A stretch of DNA of 64,000 nucleotides from Ilumatobacteraceae bacterium (GTDB lineage Bacteria; Actinomycetota; Acidimicrobiia; Acidimicrobiales; Ilumatobacteraceae), in NCBI GenBank assembly GCA_049696035.1, contig JBAVTH010000242.1:4472-68471 (forward strand), read 5' to 3'. Position 1 is the stretch's first letter. Each line of letters starts with the position of its first letter. Of the stretch, positions 1 to 9,110 are shown piece by piece. The translations under genes and the position numbers were made by a program. A model generated the notes under the pieces. That model was not told the DNA's origin. It saw only the letters and a program-made list of their open reading frames with translations, and made no database searches.

Positions 1-194
1 GTACTGCGGCGCCGGCTCGGTGGTCGTGGTCGCCTCCGCAGTGGTGGTGGGCGCGTCGGTGGCGGGTGCCTCGGCCGCCGTGTCGGGCGCTGCGACGGTG
101 GTGCCACTACCGGCGTCGCCGGTGCCGCTGCCATCGTCGGATGAGCAGGTGGCTGCGAGCAGCAGGAGCGGACAGGCGAAGGCGGCGAGGCGTC

Positions 195-198
<4 letters not shown>
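1..198 (-). CDS. Lipoprotein, N-terminal fragment (gene continues past the left edge)
   Basis: Not in the ORF track because it is open at the edge. Hand translation of the minus strand from ATG 198-196 gives MRRLAAFACPLLLLAATCSSDDGSGTGDAGSGTT..., a signal peptide with lipobox LAATC followed by a T/A/P-rich linker. Its ATG overlaps the psuG stop (ATGA). Confidence 0.55.
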
Positions 199-1117
<919 letters not shown>

Positions 1118-1121
<4 letters not shown>

Positions 1122-1567
1122 CGGGCTCCCCAACTGAAGGTCTGCTTGAACAACTTGAGACAGACGAAGGCTTCGGCCTCCAGGATGTCGTCTCGACTGC
1201 GCAGTTGCGACAGCAGGCGCATCAGGTGGGCGTCGTCGTCGGCCACGACTTCGAACATCAAGTCGTACCGGCCGGTGGTGGCGACGAGGTACTCGATCTC
1301 GTCCCTCTTCTCCAGCGCTGCGGCGGTCACCTCTGCATCGCCGCTGACCCGCGCACCGATCATCGCGACACGACGCACGCCCAACGACATCGGATCGGTG
1401 ACTGCCACGATCTGCATGACACCGGCATCGGTGAGCCGTTGCACCCGCTGGCGGATGGCGCCCTCGGTGAGCCCGACTTCCGCTGCCACCTTCGTGAACG
1501 GCATGCGACCGTCGGCCTGCAAGAGCTCGATGATCGTTCGGTCCTTGTCGTCGAGCGCCGCGGTCAT
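1118..1567 (-). CDS. Lrp/AsnC family transcriptional regulator
   Basis: 149 aa. N-terminal HTH (LDDKDRTIIELLQADGRMPFTKVAAEVGLTEGAIRQRVQRL) plus a C-terminal RAM/AsnC_trans_reg-like domain. Confidence 0.9.
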
Positions 1568-1574
1568 CGCAGGG

Positions 1575-2975
1575 TCACGCCCGCGCCGCGAACTCGCGGC
1601 TGGCAGCGGTCAGTGCGGTGCGCAGGGTTGCCTCGATGAACGCGAACTCCTCCTCGCCGGCGATCAACGGGGGCGAGAGAGTGATCACCGGTTCGCCTCG
1701 ATCGTCGGCTCGGCAGATGAGACCCGCGTCGTACAGACGCGGCGAGAGGTAGCCGCGCAGCAGCCACTCGGCCTGCTCGTCGGTGAAGAGACCGCGGGTG
1801 GCCTTGTCGGGCACGAGTTCGATCGCGAGGAAGTACCCGTCGCCGCGCACGTCGCCGACCAGCGGGATGTCCAGCAGCCCCTCGATGAGCTGCTTGAACC
1901 GGCCCTCGTTGGCCAACACATGACTGCAGATGTCTTCGCGCTCGAAGATGTCGAGGTTGGCGTTGGCGACTGCGCACGACACCGGATGGGCGCCGAACGT
2001 CTGTCCCTGCAGGAAGGTGTGGGTGTCGTTGAGGAAGGGCTCGGCGATGCGGTCACTGATCATCACACCACCCAACGCTGAGTAGCCGGAGGTGACCCCC
2101 TTGGCGAAGGTGATCATGTCGGGCTGGTAGCCGTAGCGCTCGCTGCCGAACATGTGCCCGAAGCGACCGAAGGCGGCGATCACTTCGTCGCTGACCAGCA
2201 GGATGTCGTTGTCGTCGCAGATCTGGCGCACGCGCGCCCAGTAGCCGTCGGGTGGGGTGAACGCCCCGCCGGTGTTCTGCACGGGCTCCATGAACACGGC
2301 CGCGATGCTGTCGGCGCCCTCCATCTCGATGCGCAGGGCGAGGTCGTCTGCGCAGCGCAACGTGCAGCCGTCGAGATGGCTGCAGTCGTTGCAGCGGTAC
2401 CGGTACGGCGTCTGCACCTTGATCGCGCCGGGCATCAGCGGCTCGAACGGCGTCTTGATCGAGGGCACGCCGGTGAGGCTGAGGGCGCCCATGGTGGTGC
2501 CGTGGTAGGCGAGGTAGCGGGAGATCACCTTCGTCTTCCCGTGCTGACCGCGCAGCTTCCAGTACTGCCGAGCCAACTTGATCGCGGTCTCCACCGCGTC
2601 GCCTCCGCTGGGCGTGAAGAACACTCGGTTCAGGTCGCCGGGGGCCAGCGCGGCGAGCCGGGTGGCCAGTGTGATGGCAGGTTCGTGGGCGAACGACCAC
2701 ACCGGGAAGTAGGCGAGCGTCTCGGCTTGGTGACGGGCGGCTTCGGCGATCTCCTTGCGGCCGTGGCCGACCTGCACGGTGAACAAGCCGGAGAGGCCGT
2801 CGAGGTAGCGCTTGCCGGCCTGGTCGTACACGTAGCAACCGTCCCCGCGGGCGATCACGGGCACGCTGCTACCTGCAGCCGAACCGAGGCGGGTGAAGTG
2901 CATCCACAGGTGCCGCTGTGCGTCGTCCGACAGCGTGGATGGATGACGCGATGCGTCATCGGAGGTGAAGCTCAC
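1575..2975 (-). CDS. Class-III (omega-type) PLP aminotransferase
   Basis: 466 aa, GTG start. Motifs FTPSGGDAVETAIKLAR, LVSDEVIAAFGRFG and ITFAKGVTSGY (PLP lysine). GGAG RBS 6-9 nt upstream. Confidence 0.9.
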   Translation of the reverse strand: MSFTSDDASRHPSTLSDDAQRHLWMHFTRLGSAAGSSVPVIARGDGCYVYDQAGKRYLDGLSGLFTVQVGHGRKEIAEAARHQAETLAYFPVWSFAHEPAITLATRLAALAPGDLNRVFFTPSGGDAVETAIKLARQYWKLRGQHGKTKVISRYLAYHGTTMGALSLTGVPSIKTPFEPLMPGAIKVQTPYRYRCNDCSHLDGCTLRCADDLALRIEMEGADSIAAVFMEPVQNTGGAFTPPDGYWARVRQICDDNDILLVSDEVIAAFGRFGHMFGSERYGYQPDMITFAKGVTSGYSALGGVMISDRIAEPFLNDTHTFLQGQTFGAHPVSCAVANANLDIFEREDICSHVLANEGRFKQLIEGLLDIPLVGDVRGDGYFLAIELVPDKATRGLFTDEQAEWLLRGYLSPRLYDAGLICRADDRGEPVITLSPPLIAGEEEFAFIEATLRTALTAASREFAARA

Positions 2976-2985
2976 GAGGGACTCC

Positions 2986-3014
2986 GATTGTCGTAGCGAT
3001 TGACTACGACAATC
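2986..3014. promoter_or_regulatory. Perfect 11-bp inverted repeat (GATTGTCGTAG-N7-CTACGACAATC) in an AT-richer 48-bp spacer
   Basis: Read directly from the sequence. It lies between the stop of lipoprotein gene 3024..3617 and the RBS/GTG of the aminotransferase gene. Could be a terminator/attenuator hairpin or an operator. Confidence 0.5.
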
Positions 3015-3023
3015 GTAGCCGAT

Positions 3024-3617
3024 TCAGCTGATGCCGCAGTACGCGTCGAGGTTCGCTCCGGCGGCGTCGATCTCGCTGGCGCTCATCGCCGTCTGGATGG
3101 CCGGGTCGTCGAAGGCGGCATTCATGTCCCAGCCATTCTTGCGCAGGCTGGCGATCAGGGTGTCGTAGAGCGAGGCGATCGTCGCGACGTCGGCGGTCAG
3201 CTCGTCGGGCGTGGCCGCCTTCAGGCGGTTGAACATGTCGGCGAAATCGGTCTCGAAGTAGGCCTGCACCTCGTCGGGTGGTGCCGAGAACGGATCGAAG
3301 TCGTCGTTGTTCAACTCGTCGCTCACGCTGCAGAACTCGGTACCGATGCCGGGTGCGTTGGGGTCGACGGAATCCGACGGGAACGTGTCGTCCACGAACG
3401 TGTCGTCCACGAACGTGTCGTCCACGAACGTGTCATCGACGGACGTGTCGTCCACCATCGTGTCGCTCACCACCGTGTCGTCGGAACCACCCGCCGGCTC
3501 GGTGGTGGCCGGTGCCGCTGCGTCGTTGCCGGTGGATGAGGTGGTCGACTTCGAGTCGCTCCCGCACGCCGCCAGGCCCAGCAGGGCGACGGTCGCGACC
3601 AGAGCGAGCCGGCTCAC
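3024..3617 (-). CDS. Secreted lipoprotein of unknown function (paralog A) with a DDTFV tandem repeat
   Basis: 197 aa, GTG start overlapping the upstream stop (GTGA). Signal peptide with lipobox LGLAACGSDSK. The C-terminal half aligns by eye with the neighbouring gene product (shared Cys...DVAT...YCGI pattern). Confidence 0.75.
   Translation of the reverse strand: MSRLALVATVALLGLAACGSDSKSTTSSTGNDAAAPATTEPAGGSDDTVVSDTMVDDTSVDDTFVDDTFVDDTFVDDTFPSDSVDPNAPGIGTEFCSVSDELNNDDFDPFSAPPDEVQAYFETDFADMFNRLKAATPDELTADVATIASLYDTLIASLRKNGWDMNAAFDDPAIQTAMSASEIDAAGANLDAYCGIS
3381..3485. repeat. 15-bp tandem repeat inside the lipoprotein A CDS (3 perfect and about 4 degenerate copies of GAACGTGTCGTCCAC)
   Basis: Perfect units at 3381-3395, 3396-3410 and 3411-3425, followed by diverged units. 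On the minus strand it encodes VDDTF repeats (DTMVDDTSVDDTFVDDTFVDDTFVDDTF). Confidence 0.9.
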
Positions 3618-4078
3618 GGTGCGCCCGTGGTGTCGACGATGCCGCAGGTCGTCTCGGAGTAGGTCTTCAGTCGATCGCTGGCCGCCTGCATGTCGGCGCC
3701 GTCGAGGTCGTTCTGCAACGTCGCGAACTCAGGTGCCGAGGCGAGGGCGACGAAGTCCCACTTGTACTGGCTGAAGATCTTCACGACGCTGTCGATGGCC
3801 GTGGTCATCGTGGCGACATCGGCCTTGATCTCGGCAGGCGCATCGGAGTTCAGGTCGTGCACCATCGTCTGCATCGTGGTGAATGCTGCCTCCACCTTCG
3901 GTGCCTCGGGCGTGCCGGCGAACACCGAGTCGAGCTCGTCGGACTTGGCCTTGTATGCGGCGATCTTGGCGCAGTACTTGGCGGTGGAAGTGCCGCCGGA
4001 CTTCGAGTCGCTGCTGCAACCGGCGAACAGGCCGACCGTCAGTGTGGCGCCGAGGACGAGGGTGGTGGAACGCTTCAT
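3614..4078 (-). CDS. Secreted lipoprotein of unknown function (paralog B)
   Basis: ORF 3614..4222 trimmed to the ATG at 4078. The product starts MKRSTTLVLGATLTVGLFAGCSSDSK (signal peptide and lipobox). Its C-terminus is similar to paralog A. Confidence 0.75.
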   Translation of the reverse strand: MKRSTTLVLGATLTVGLFAGCSSDSKSGGTSTAKYCAKIAAYKAKSDELDSVFAGTPEAPKVEAAFTTMQTMVHDLNSDAPAEIKADVATMTTAIDSVVKIFSQYKWDFVALASAPEFATLQNDLDGADMQAASDRLKTYSETTCGIVDTTGAP

Positions 4079-4176
4079 CAGGAATCTCCCGTTCGTGAGG
4101 TTGCAGCGAGCGTAGTGGCCGAGCTGCGGTCCGCCGAAGGTCCGTCGTGTGACACTTGTTCGCGTAGCCTTTCGGC

Positions 4177-4941
4177 ATGCTGCTCGCGCATGAACTGATC
4201 GGCCACGCCGACGACCCCGCACTGATCCTCATCCACGGCATCACCGACAGCCGCCGCATGTGGCACCCACTGCTGCACGAGCTCTCAGCGCAGCACCTGG
4301 TGCTGGCAGTCGACCTGCGCGGGCATGGTGAGAGCGACTCCGACGACGGGTACGACCCGATCAGCTATGCATCCGACGTGGTGGAGACAGCAGCTGCGCT
4401 CGGCGTGCAGGATGCGATCGTCGTCGGTCACTCGCTCGGCGGTGTGGTGGCCAGCGCGTTCGCTGCCATCGCGCCGTGCCGAGCAGTTGTGAACATCGAC
4501 CAGCCGTTGCGCCTGTCCGGGTTCAAGGAGGCACTCGGTCAGCTGGAACCGATGTTGAAAGCCGACCGGCAGACGTTCGAGCAGGGGCTGGAACTGATGT
4601 TCAGCGCGATGGACGGGCCGCTGTCAGCCCATGAGCAAGCTCGCCTGCGCGAGCACCGGCGCGCCGACCAGCACGTCGTGCTGGCCACTTGGGCCTCCGT
4701 GTTCGAGTCCACCGAGGCCGAGCTGGACGCCACCGTCGAGGCGCTGGCCGCCGGCATCACCGTGCCGTACCTCTCGCTGCACGGAATCGACCCCGGTGCC
4801 GACTACGCCCTCTGGCTGCAGCGCCTGGTGCCCACCGCGGTCGTGGAGGTCTGGCCCGACATGGGTCACTACCTGCATCTTGTCGACCCGCGACGCTTTC
4901 TCGACCGCCTTGCCGCGTTCGAGGCGCAGGTGCGCGCGTGA
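4177..4941 (+). CDS. Alpha/beta-fold hydrolase
   Basis: 254 aa. HG oxyanion motif (LILIHGITDS), nucleophile elbow GHSLGG, C-terminal His (DMGHYLH). Confidence 0.85.
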   Translation: MLLAHELIGHADDPALILIHGITDSRRMWHPLLHELSAQHLVLAVDLRGHGESDSDDGYDPISYASDVVETAAALGVQDAIVVGHSLGGVVASAFAAIAPCRAVVNIDQPLRLSGFKEALGQLEPMLKADRQTFEQGLELMFSAMDGPLSAHEQARLREHRRADQHVVLATWASVFESTEAELDATVEALAAGITVPYLSLHGIDPGADYALWLQRLVPTAVVEVWPDMGHYLHLVDPRRFLDRLAAFEAQVRA

Positions 4942-5720
4942 GCGACGGCGACCTCCTGGTAGCCATCGACGGTGCCGTCGCCACCATCACACTGAACCGG
5001 CCGGCCAAGCGCAACGCCGTCACCTTCGACATGTGGGTGGCACTCGGCGCAGCCTGCCAGCGCCTCGCAGCCGACCCTGCCGTGCGGGTGGTCGTGCTGC
5101 GCGGTGCCGGCGATCACTTCTGCGCCGGCGCCGACATCACCGAGCTGCTCGCCGAGCGTCCGGCGGGCACCGCGTCGTTCATGGACGCCAACATGGCCGC
5201 GGAACATGCGTTGGCGGCCTTGCCCAAACCGACGATCGCAGTGGTCCAGGGCGATTGCATCGGGGGCGGCTGCGCGCTGGCCATCGACTGCGACTTCCGG
5301 CTGGCGGTGGCCGGCGCGAGGTTCGGCATCACGCCCGCCAAGTTGGGCATCGTCTACCCACCATCGTCGTTGGAGCGGTCGGTGCGGTTGCTGGGGCCCG
5401 CGGCGAAGCGCCTGCTGTTCACCGGTGATCTGATCGACTCCACCGAAGCCCACCGCATCGGGCTGGCCGACGAGCTGCTGGCGGCCGATGCGATCCAGGA
5501 GCGTCTGGGCGAACTCTGCGCGACGTTGGCCGAACGATCGTTGCTGACCCAGGCAGCCACCAAGGAGATGATCGCGGCAGTCATGGAGCACGGTGTCGTG
5601 TCGGCCGACCTGGCCGAGACCTGGTCTCGTGAGGTCACGATGTCGGGCGAGATGACCGAAGGTGTAGCCGCCTTCCGGCAACGTCGTGCCCCGGCCTTTC
5701 CGTGGCGTGGTCGCTCGTAG
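4938..5720 (+). CDS. Enoyl-CoA hydratase/isomerase (crotonase) family protein
   Basis: ORF 4689..5720 trimmed to the GTG at 4938 (GTGA overlap with the hydrolase stop). Motifs ITLNRPAKRNA, FCAGADI and GGGCALA. Confidence 0.85.
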   Translation: MSDGDLLVAIDGAVATITLNRPAKRNAVTFDMWVALGAACQRLAADPAVRVVVLRGAGDHFCAGADITELLAERPAGTASFMDANMAAEHALAALPKPTIAVVQGDCIGGGCALAIDCDFRLAVAGARFGITPAKLGIVYPPSSLERSVRLLGPAAKRLLFTGDLIDSTEAHRIGLADELLAADAIQERLGELCATLAERSLLTQAATKEMIAAVMEHGVVSADLAETWSREVTMSGEMTEGVAAFRQRRAPAFPWRGRS

Positions 5721-5723
5721 CGT

Positions 5724-6686
5724 TCAGCCGTGGGCCGCAGGCCCCGACCAGGCGTGGGCGATGGCCGCCACGTGACGTTGATCGGTGCCGCAGCAGCCTC
5801 CGATGACCTGCAACCCCGGCAGCGCATGCCGTAGGGCGAGGCAGTCGGCAGCCAGCTCGTCGGGGTCGCCGTCGTCCAGCGTGTCCATCGCGGCCAGCTC
5901 GCCGTGGCTGAGCCGGGAAGCGTTGACTCTGAGCCCCCCGATGCGAGCGGTCCATCGCGACCCAGGTTCCAGGATGTGCGCGAAGTGCGCAGGGTGCGCG
6001 CAGTTGAGCATGTAGTGGTGTGGGTAGCCGTCGGTGGCTTCTTCGGTGCGGCCGATCGCCTCGGCGAGCGCCATCCCCGACGGCAAGCGGCCGTCCGTCT
6101 CGACCGTGAAGGAGATGACCGCGGGCAGCGCTGCGGCCTGCGCGGCGAGCGTGATGCCGATCGCCTCCTCGACGTACCCGATCGTCATCGCCGTGACCAC
6201 ATCGACCCCGGCGGCGGCCAGGCAGTCGACCTGGAACGAGTGGTAGTCGAGTGCAGCGACCGCCTCCATCGCACTCCGCGCGACGTAACCGTCTGCTCGC
6301 GGCCCGACCGTGCCGCCGATGATGAACGGCCGGTCGCTCGCCCAGCCGCCGCGCAGCTCGTGCAGCACCTGCACGCAGGCGAAGATCAAGACCCGGAGCA
6401 TGGCGTGGTCGTGCCCCAGCTTGGCGGCCCAGTCCGGGTTGGCGCGCCACGTGGCGGAGTCGAGCTCGACGGCGGTGCCCAACGTGTCGGCAATGGCGAG
6501 GTAGTGCTGGAAGTACTCGCGCAGCACCCGACGCCCGTCGTCGGTGGCTGCGAGCGGGTAGGCGGCGAACTCCGGCAGCTCGATGTGCTGCTGGAAGGCG
6601 AGCCACGTCTCGATCCCTGCGTCGGTGACGGTGAGCGAGCCGGTCGGCCAGGGGGTTCGTGAGTGGCGGGGCGTCATCGCCGCCAT
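5724..6686 (-). CDS. Homocysteine S-methyltransferase family protein
   Basis: ORF 5724..6890 trimmed to the ATG at 6686 (MAAMTPRHS...; 6677 is an alternative). Zn-ligand motifs NCAHP and IGGCCGT are typical of the Pfam S-methyl_trans family. Confidence 0.8.
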   Translation of the reverse strand: MAAMTPRHSRTPWPTGSLTVTDAGIETWLAFQQHIELPEFAAYPLAATDDGRRVLREYFQHYLAIADTLGTAVELDSATWRANPDWAAKLGHDHAMLRVLIFACVQVLHELRGGWASDRPFIIGGTVGPRADGYVARSAMEAVAALDYHSFQVDCLAAAGVDVVTAMTIGYVEEAIGITLAAQAAALPAVISFTVETDGRLPSGMALAEAIGRTEEATDGYPHHYMLNCAHPAHFAHILEPGSRWTARIGGLRVNASRLSHGELAAMDTLDDGDPDELAADCLALRHALPGLQVIGGCCGTDQRHVAAIAHAWSGPAAHG

Positions 6687-6780
6687 GGCAGCACGTCCGG
6701 TCGGGCGACGCTGTCGCCTTGCCGACGAAGCCGGTCGCCGGCGGTGGTGGCCCAACAGCGGGCGCGGCGGCCGGTGGGCG

Positions 6781-7161
6781 TCACTCGTACACGTCGGGGT
6801 GTTCCAGCGGGTGGTGCAGCCAGCTGAGCATCTGGCGCAGCTGGTGATAGGCGGCCAACCGAGCGTTGTCGGTGTCGAGGCGCTCGGCATCCGCGCACAC
6901 GCCGTGGAGGCGACGTGTCATGGTCGGGCCCAGCTCCAACAACCCGGAGGCTCCCTCGCTTGCCCAGCGGGCGAGCACGTAGCGCACGATCGCACCTTCG
7001 GGGACATCGATCGACTCGGACAGGCCGCGGATGGTGCGCATCGGGTCGGTGTGGGAGTACAGCGCGATGTCGGCCTTCAGGTTGGCGTCCTTGTCGCCGT
7101 CGGGCCACGGACCGCGCCAGCGGGTGAGGTGCACCATCGGTTCGTCGGGTGTGCCGTCCAT
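6781..7161 (-). CDS. Conserved hypothetical protein (126 aa)
   Basis: Clean ORF with normal amino-acid composition (MDGTPDEPMVHLTRWRGPWPDGDKDANLK...), in contrast to the Arg/Pro-rich shadow ORFs around it. No motif I can name. Confidence 0.55.
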   Translation of the reverse strand: MDGTPDEPMVHLTRWRGPWPDGDKDANLKADIALYSHTDPMRTIRGLSESIDVPEGAIVRYVLARWASEGASGLLELGPTMTRRLHGVCADAERLDTDNARLAAYHQLRQMLSWLHHPLEHPDVYE

Positions 7162-7216
7162 GGTGGCCGACTCTAGGTTGCGTGCGAGCGGGCCGGTGTG
7201 CCGACAGTGGGCGGCC

Positions 7217-7774
7217 TCAGGCCGAATGAGTGCCCTGTTCCCCCGAGTCGTGCTGGGTCTCGATCAGCAGCGCTCGGGCCTGAGTGCCGAGAACGGACCG
7301 GTAGCGGTGCGGAAGGTCGGCAGGGTAGGAGAGGAAGTCGCCGGTGCCCAGCGTGGTGCACCGACCGTCGACGTCGACTTCCACCGGCCCGACCAGCACG
7401 TACAGCGCTTCGAAGCCGCGGTGCCGCCACGGCTCGAGGAACTCGGTGGCCAACCCGACGAGTTCGACCACGTGAAAGGGGGCGTCACCTGGCAACAGCA
7501 GCCGCCGCAACGATTCGCCGTCGGTCTCGATGGCCGGCACCTCGTCATCGCCGGCGCGGGCCAGCGTCGGCTCGGCAGCGCTGGATGCGCCACCGAACAA
7601 CGCCTGGGGTGTCGTGCCCAGGGCGCTGGCGATGCGGTACAGCGAGGTCATCGAGGGCCGAGCGCGGCCGTTCTCCACCTGCGAGAGGAATGGCTGGGAG
7701 AGCCCGGCGCGTTCCGCCAGTTCGACGAGAGTGAACGGCTGAGCCACACGGCGTTCCTTGATGGCCCGCCCCAT
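7217..7774 (-). CDS. XRE-family HTH regulator with a C-terminal cupin domain
   Basis: ORF 7217..7846 trimmed to the ATG at 7774. HTH LVELAERAGLSQPFLSQVENGRARPSMTSLYRIASALG, followed by a cupin-like beta region. Confidence 0.85.
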   Translation of the reverse strand: MGRAIKERRVAQPFTLVELAERAGLSQPFLSQVENGRARPSMTSLYRIASALGTTPQALFGGASSAAEPTLARAGDDEVPAIETDGESLRRLLLPGDAPFHVVELVGLATEFLEPWRHRGFEALYVLVGPVEVDVDGRCTTLGTGDFLSYPADLPHRYRSVLGTQARALLIETQHDSGEQGTHSA

Positions 7775-7862
7775 TGCGGCCCAGCGGTCGGCGTCGGATG
7801 CCGGGCCAGCGTGAGCTGGCGGGTGCGCGTCGGGTGCCCTGCCCACGTCGGGGTGCCGTGCC

Positions 7863-9023
7863 TCAGGACACCAGCGGCATCACTTCGTTGACGAAGCGGC
7901 CCATCTGCTCGACGGCTTTGCTGTAGGGGTCGCCCACGAGGTGCGGGAAGATGGTGAGGTACTCCATGCCGAGCAGGTCCTTGTAGGCCTGCACGCCCGC
8001 GGCCACCTCCTCGGGGGTGCCGACGAGGATCGTCTGCTGCTTGATCGACTCTTCGAGTGAGGGGATCAGGCCCGGCCCGACCGGCTTGCCGTCGTCGCCC
8101 ATGTAGCCGCGGCTCCAGCCATAGGGCCCGAGGAACTTCCAGAACTCGTCGTGGCCGTTGCGTGCAGTGCGCATGGCCTCCTCGTGGCTGTCCTCCACGC
8201 GCACGCTGAGCACCAGCATGCGCTTGTCGCCCGCGGACAGGTTGCGATGGTGATGCTGCTCGTGCAGTTCGCCGTAGCGGTCCCACATGCGCTTGATGAA
8301 CGCGGGGTTCTGATTCCAGAACACGGCGCCGTGGTCGACGCTGGGTGCGTACTCCACCGTGGGCGGGCTGGTGACGGCCTGCCAGATCTCGTACGGATGC
8401 AGCGGCCTGGGTACCAGGGTGAGGCGCTGGACGGTCTCGCCGCGGTCTGGGATGCCCGGCTGGGGCAGCTGGAAGTACTTGCCGGTGAAGGAGAACCACT
8501 CGTTGTCGAGCGCGGTGCGAATGACCTCCATCGACTCTTCGAAGTACTCGCGGTTCTTCTGGTCGTCGGCGGCCTGGTCGGGGTTGTCGTGAGAGCCGAT
8601 CGACACGTGGAAGTCGTTGAGGTGCAGGATCTCGCGCGGCACGGTGCCACGCCCGACGCCCATGATGCCGCGACCGCCACTGAGGTTGTGCATGGTGGCG
8701 AAGTCCTCCGCCAGACGAAGCGGGTTCCACTGCGGGACGACGTTGGTCATCGTGCCGATCTTGATCCGCTTGGTGCGGGCGGCGATCCAGGCGGCGATCA
8801 GGATGCCGTTGGGGATGACCTCGTAGCCTTCGTACTGGAAGTGGTGCTCGGTGGTCCAGAAGCTCTCGTAGCCCAGTTCGTCGGCCGCCACGGCGGCAGC
8901 GATGTACTTCTCCGTCGCATCCCAGCAGGCGGCGTTGTCGTAGTAGCGGTCCATCGGAGCCGGCGCGCCGGCACCCGCGTCGGGCATCTCGACTCCACCG
9001 AAGAAGAACGCTCCCAGTTTCAT
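7863..9023 (-). CDS. LLM-class (luciferase-like) flavin-dependent oxidoreductase
   Basis: ORF trimmed to the ATG at 9023 (MKLGAFFFGG...). Motifs FWTTEHHF, IKIGTMTNVVPQWNPLRLAEDFATMHNLSGGR and MGVGRG. Confidence 0.85.
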   Translation of the reverse strand: MKLGAFFFGGVEMPDAGAGAPAPMDRYYDNAACWDATEKYIAAAVAADELGYESFWTTEHHFQYEGYEVIPNGILIAAWIAARTKRIKIGTMTNVVPQWNPLRLAEDFATMHNLSGGRGIMGVGRGTVPREILHLNDFHVSIGSHDNPDQAADDQKNREYFEESMEVIRTALDNEWFSFTGKYFQLPQPGIPDRGETVQRLTLVPRPLHPYEIWQAVTSPPTVEYAPSVDHGAVFWNQNPAFIKRMWDRYGELHEQHHHRNLSAGDKRMLVLSVRVEDSHEEAMRTARNGHDEFWKFLGPYGWSRGYMGDDGKPVGPGLIPSLEESIKQQTILVGTPEEVAAGVQAYKDLLGMEYLTIFPHLVGDPYSKAVEQMGRFVNEVMPLVS

Positions 9024-9091
9024 GTGTGCACCCTTTCGTCGAACGGCGCTGCGCGGCGCCATCGTGTCGCGTCACCGACGACCGTAGCAGA

Positions 9092-9110
9092 ATATTGATG
9101 AGATCAATAT
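9092..9110. promoter_or_regulatory. AT-rich palindrome ATATTGAT-GAG-ATCAATAT, candidate operator
   Basis: Perfect 8+8 inverted repeat in one of the most AT-rich spots of the window. It lies 69-87 nt upstream of the LLM gene start and abuts the MFS stop codon. Confidence 0.5.

Noticed and set aside
3307-3774. Plus-strand ORF with NVSSTNVSSTNVSST repeats
   Set aside because: This is just the 15-bp tandem repeat read on the wrong strand. The minus-strand reading has a signal peptide, a lipobox and a paralog next door.
6687-6780. Possible SAM-type riboswitch upstream of the homocysteine S-methyltransferase-family gene
   Set aside because: I could not recognise any conserved SAM-I/SAM-IV core sequence or pairing in the 94-nt spacer. 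An Infernal/Rfam scan would be needed.
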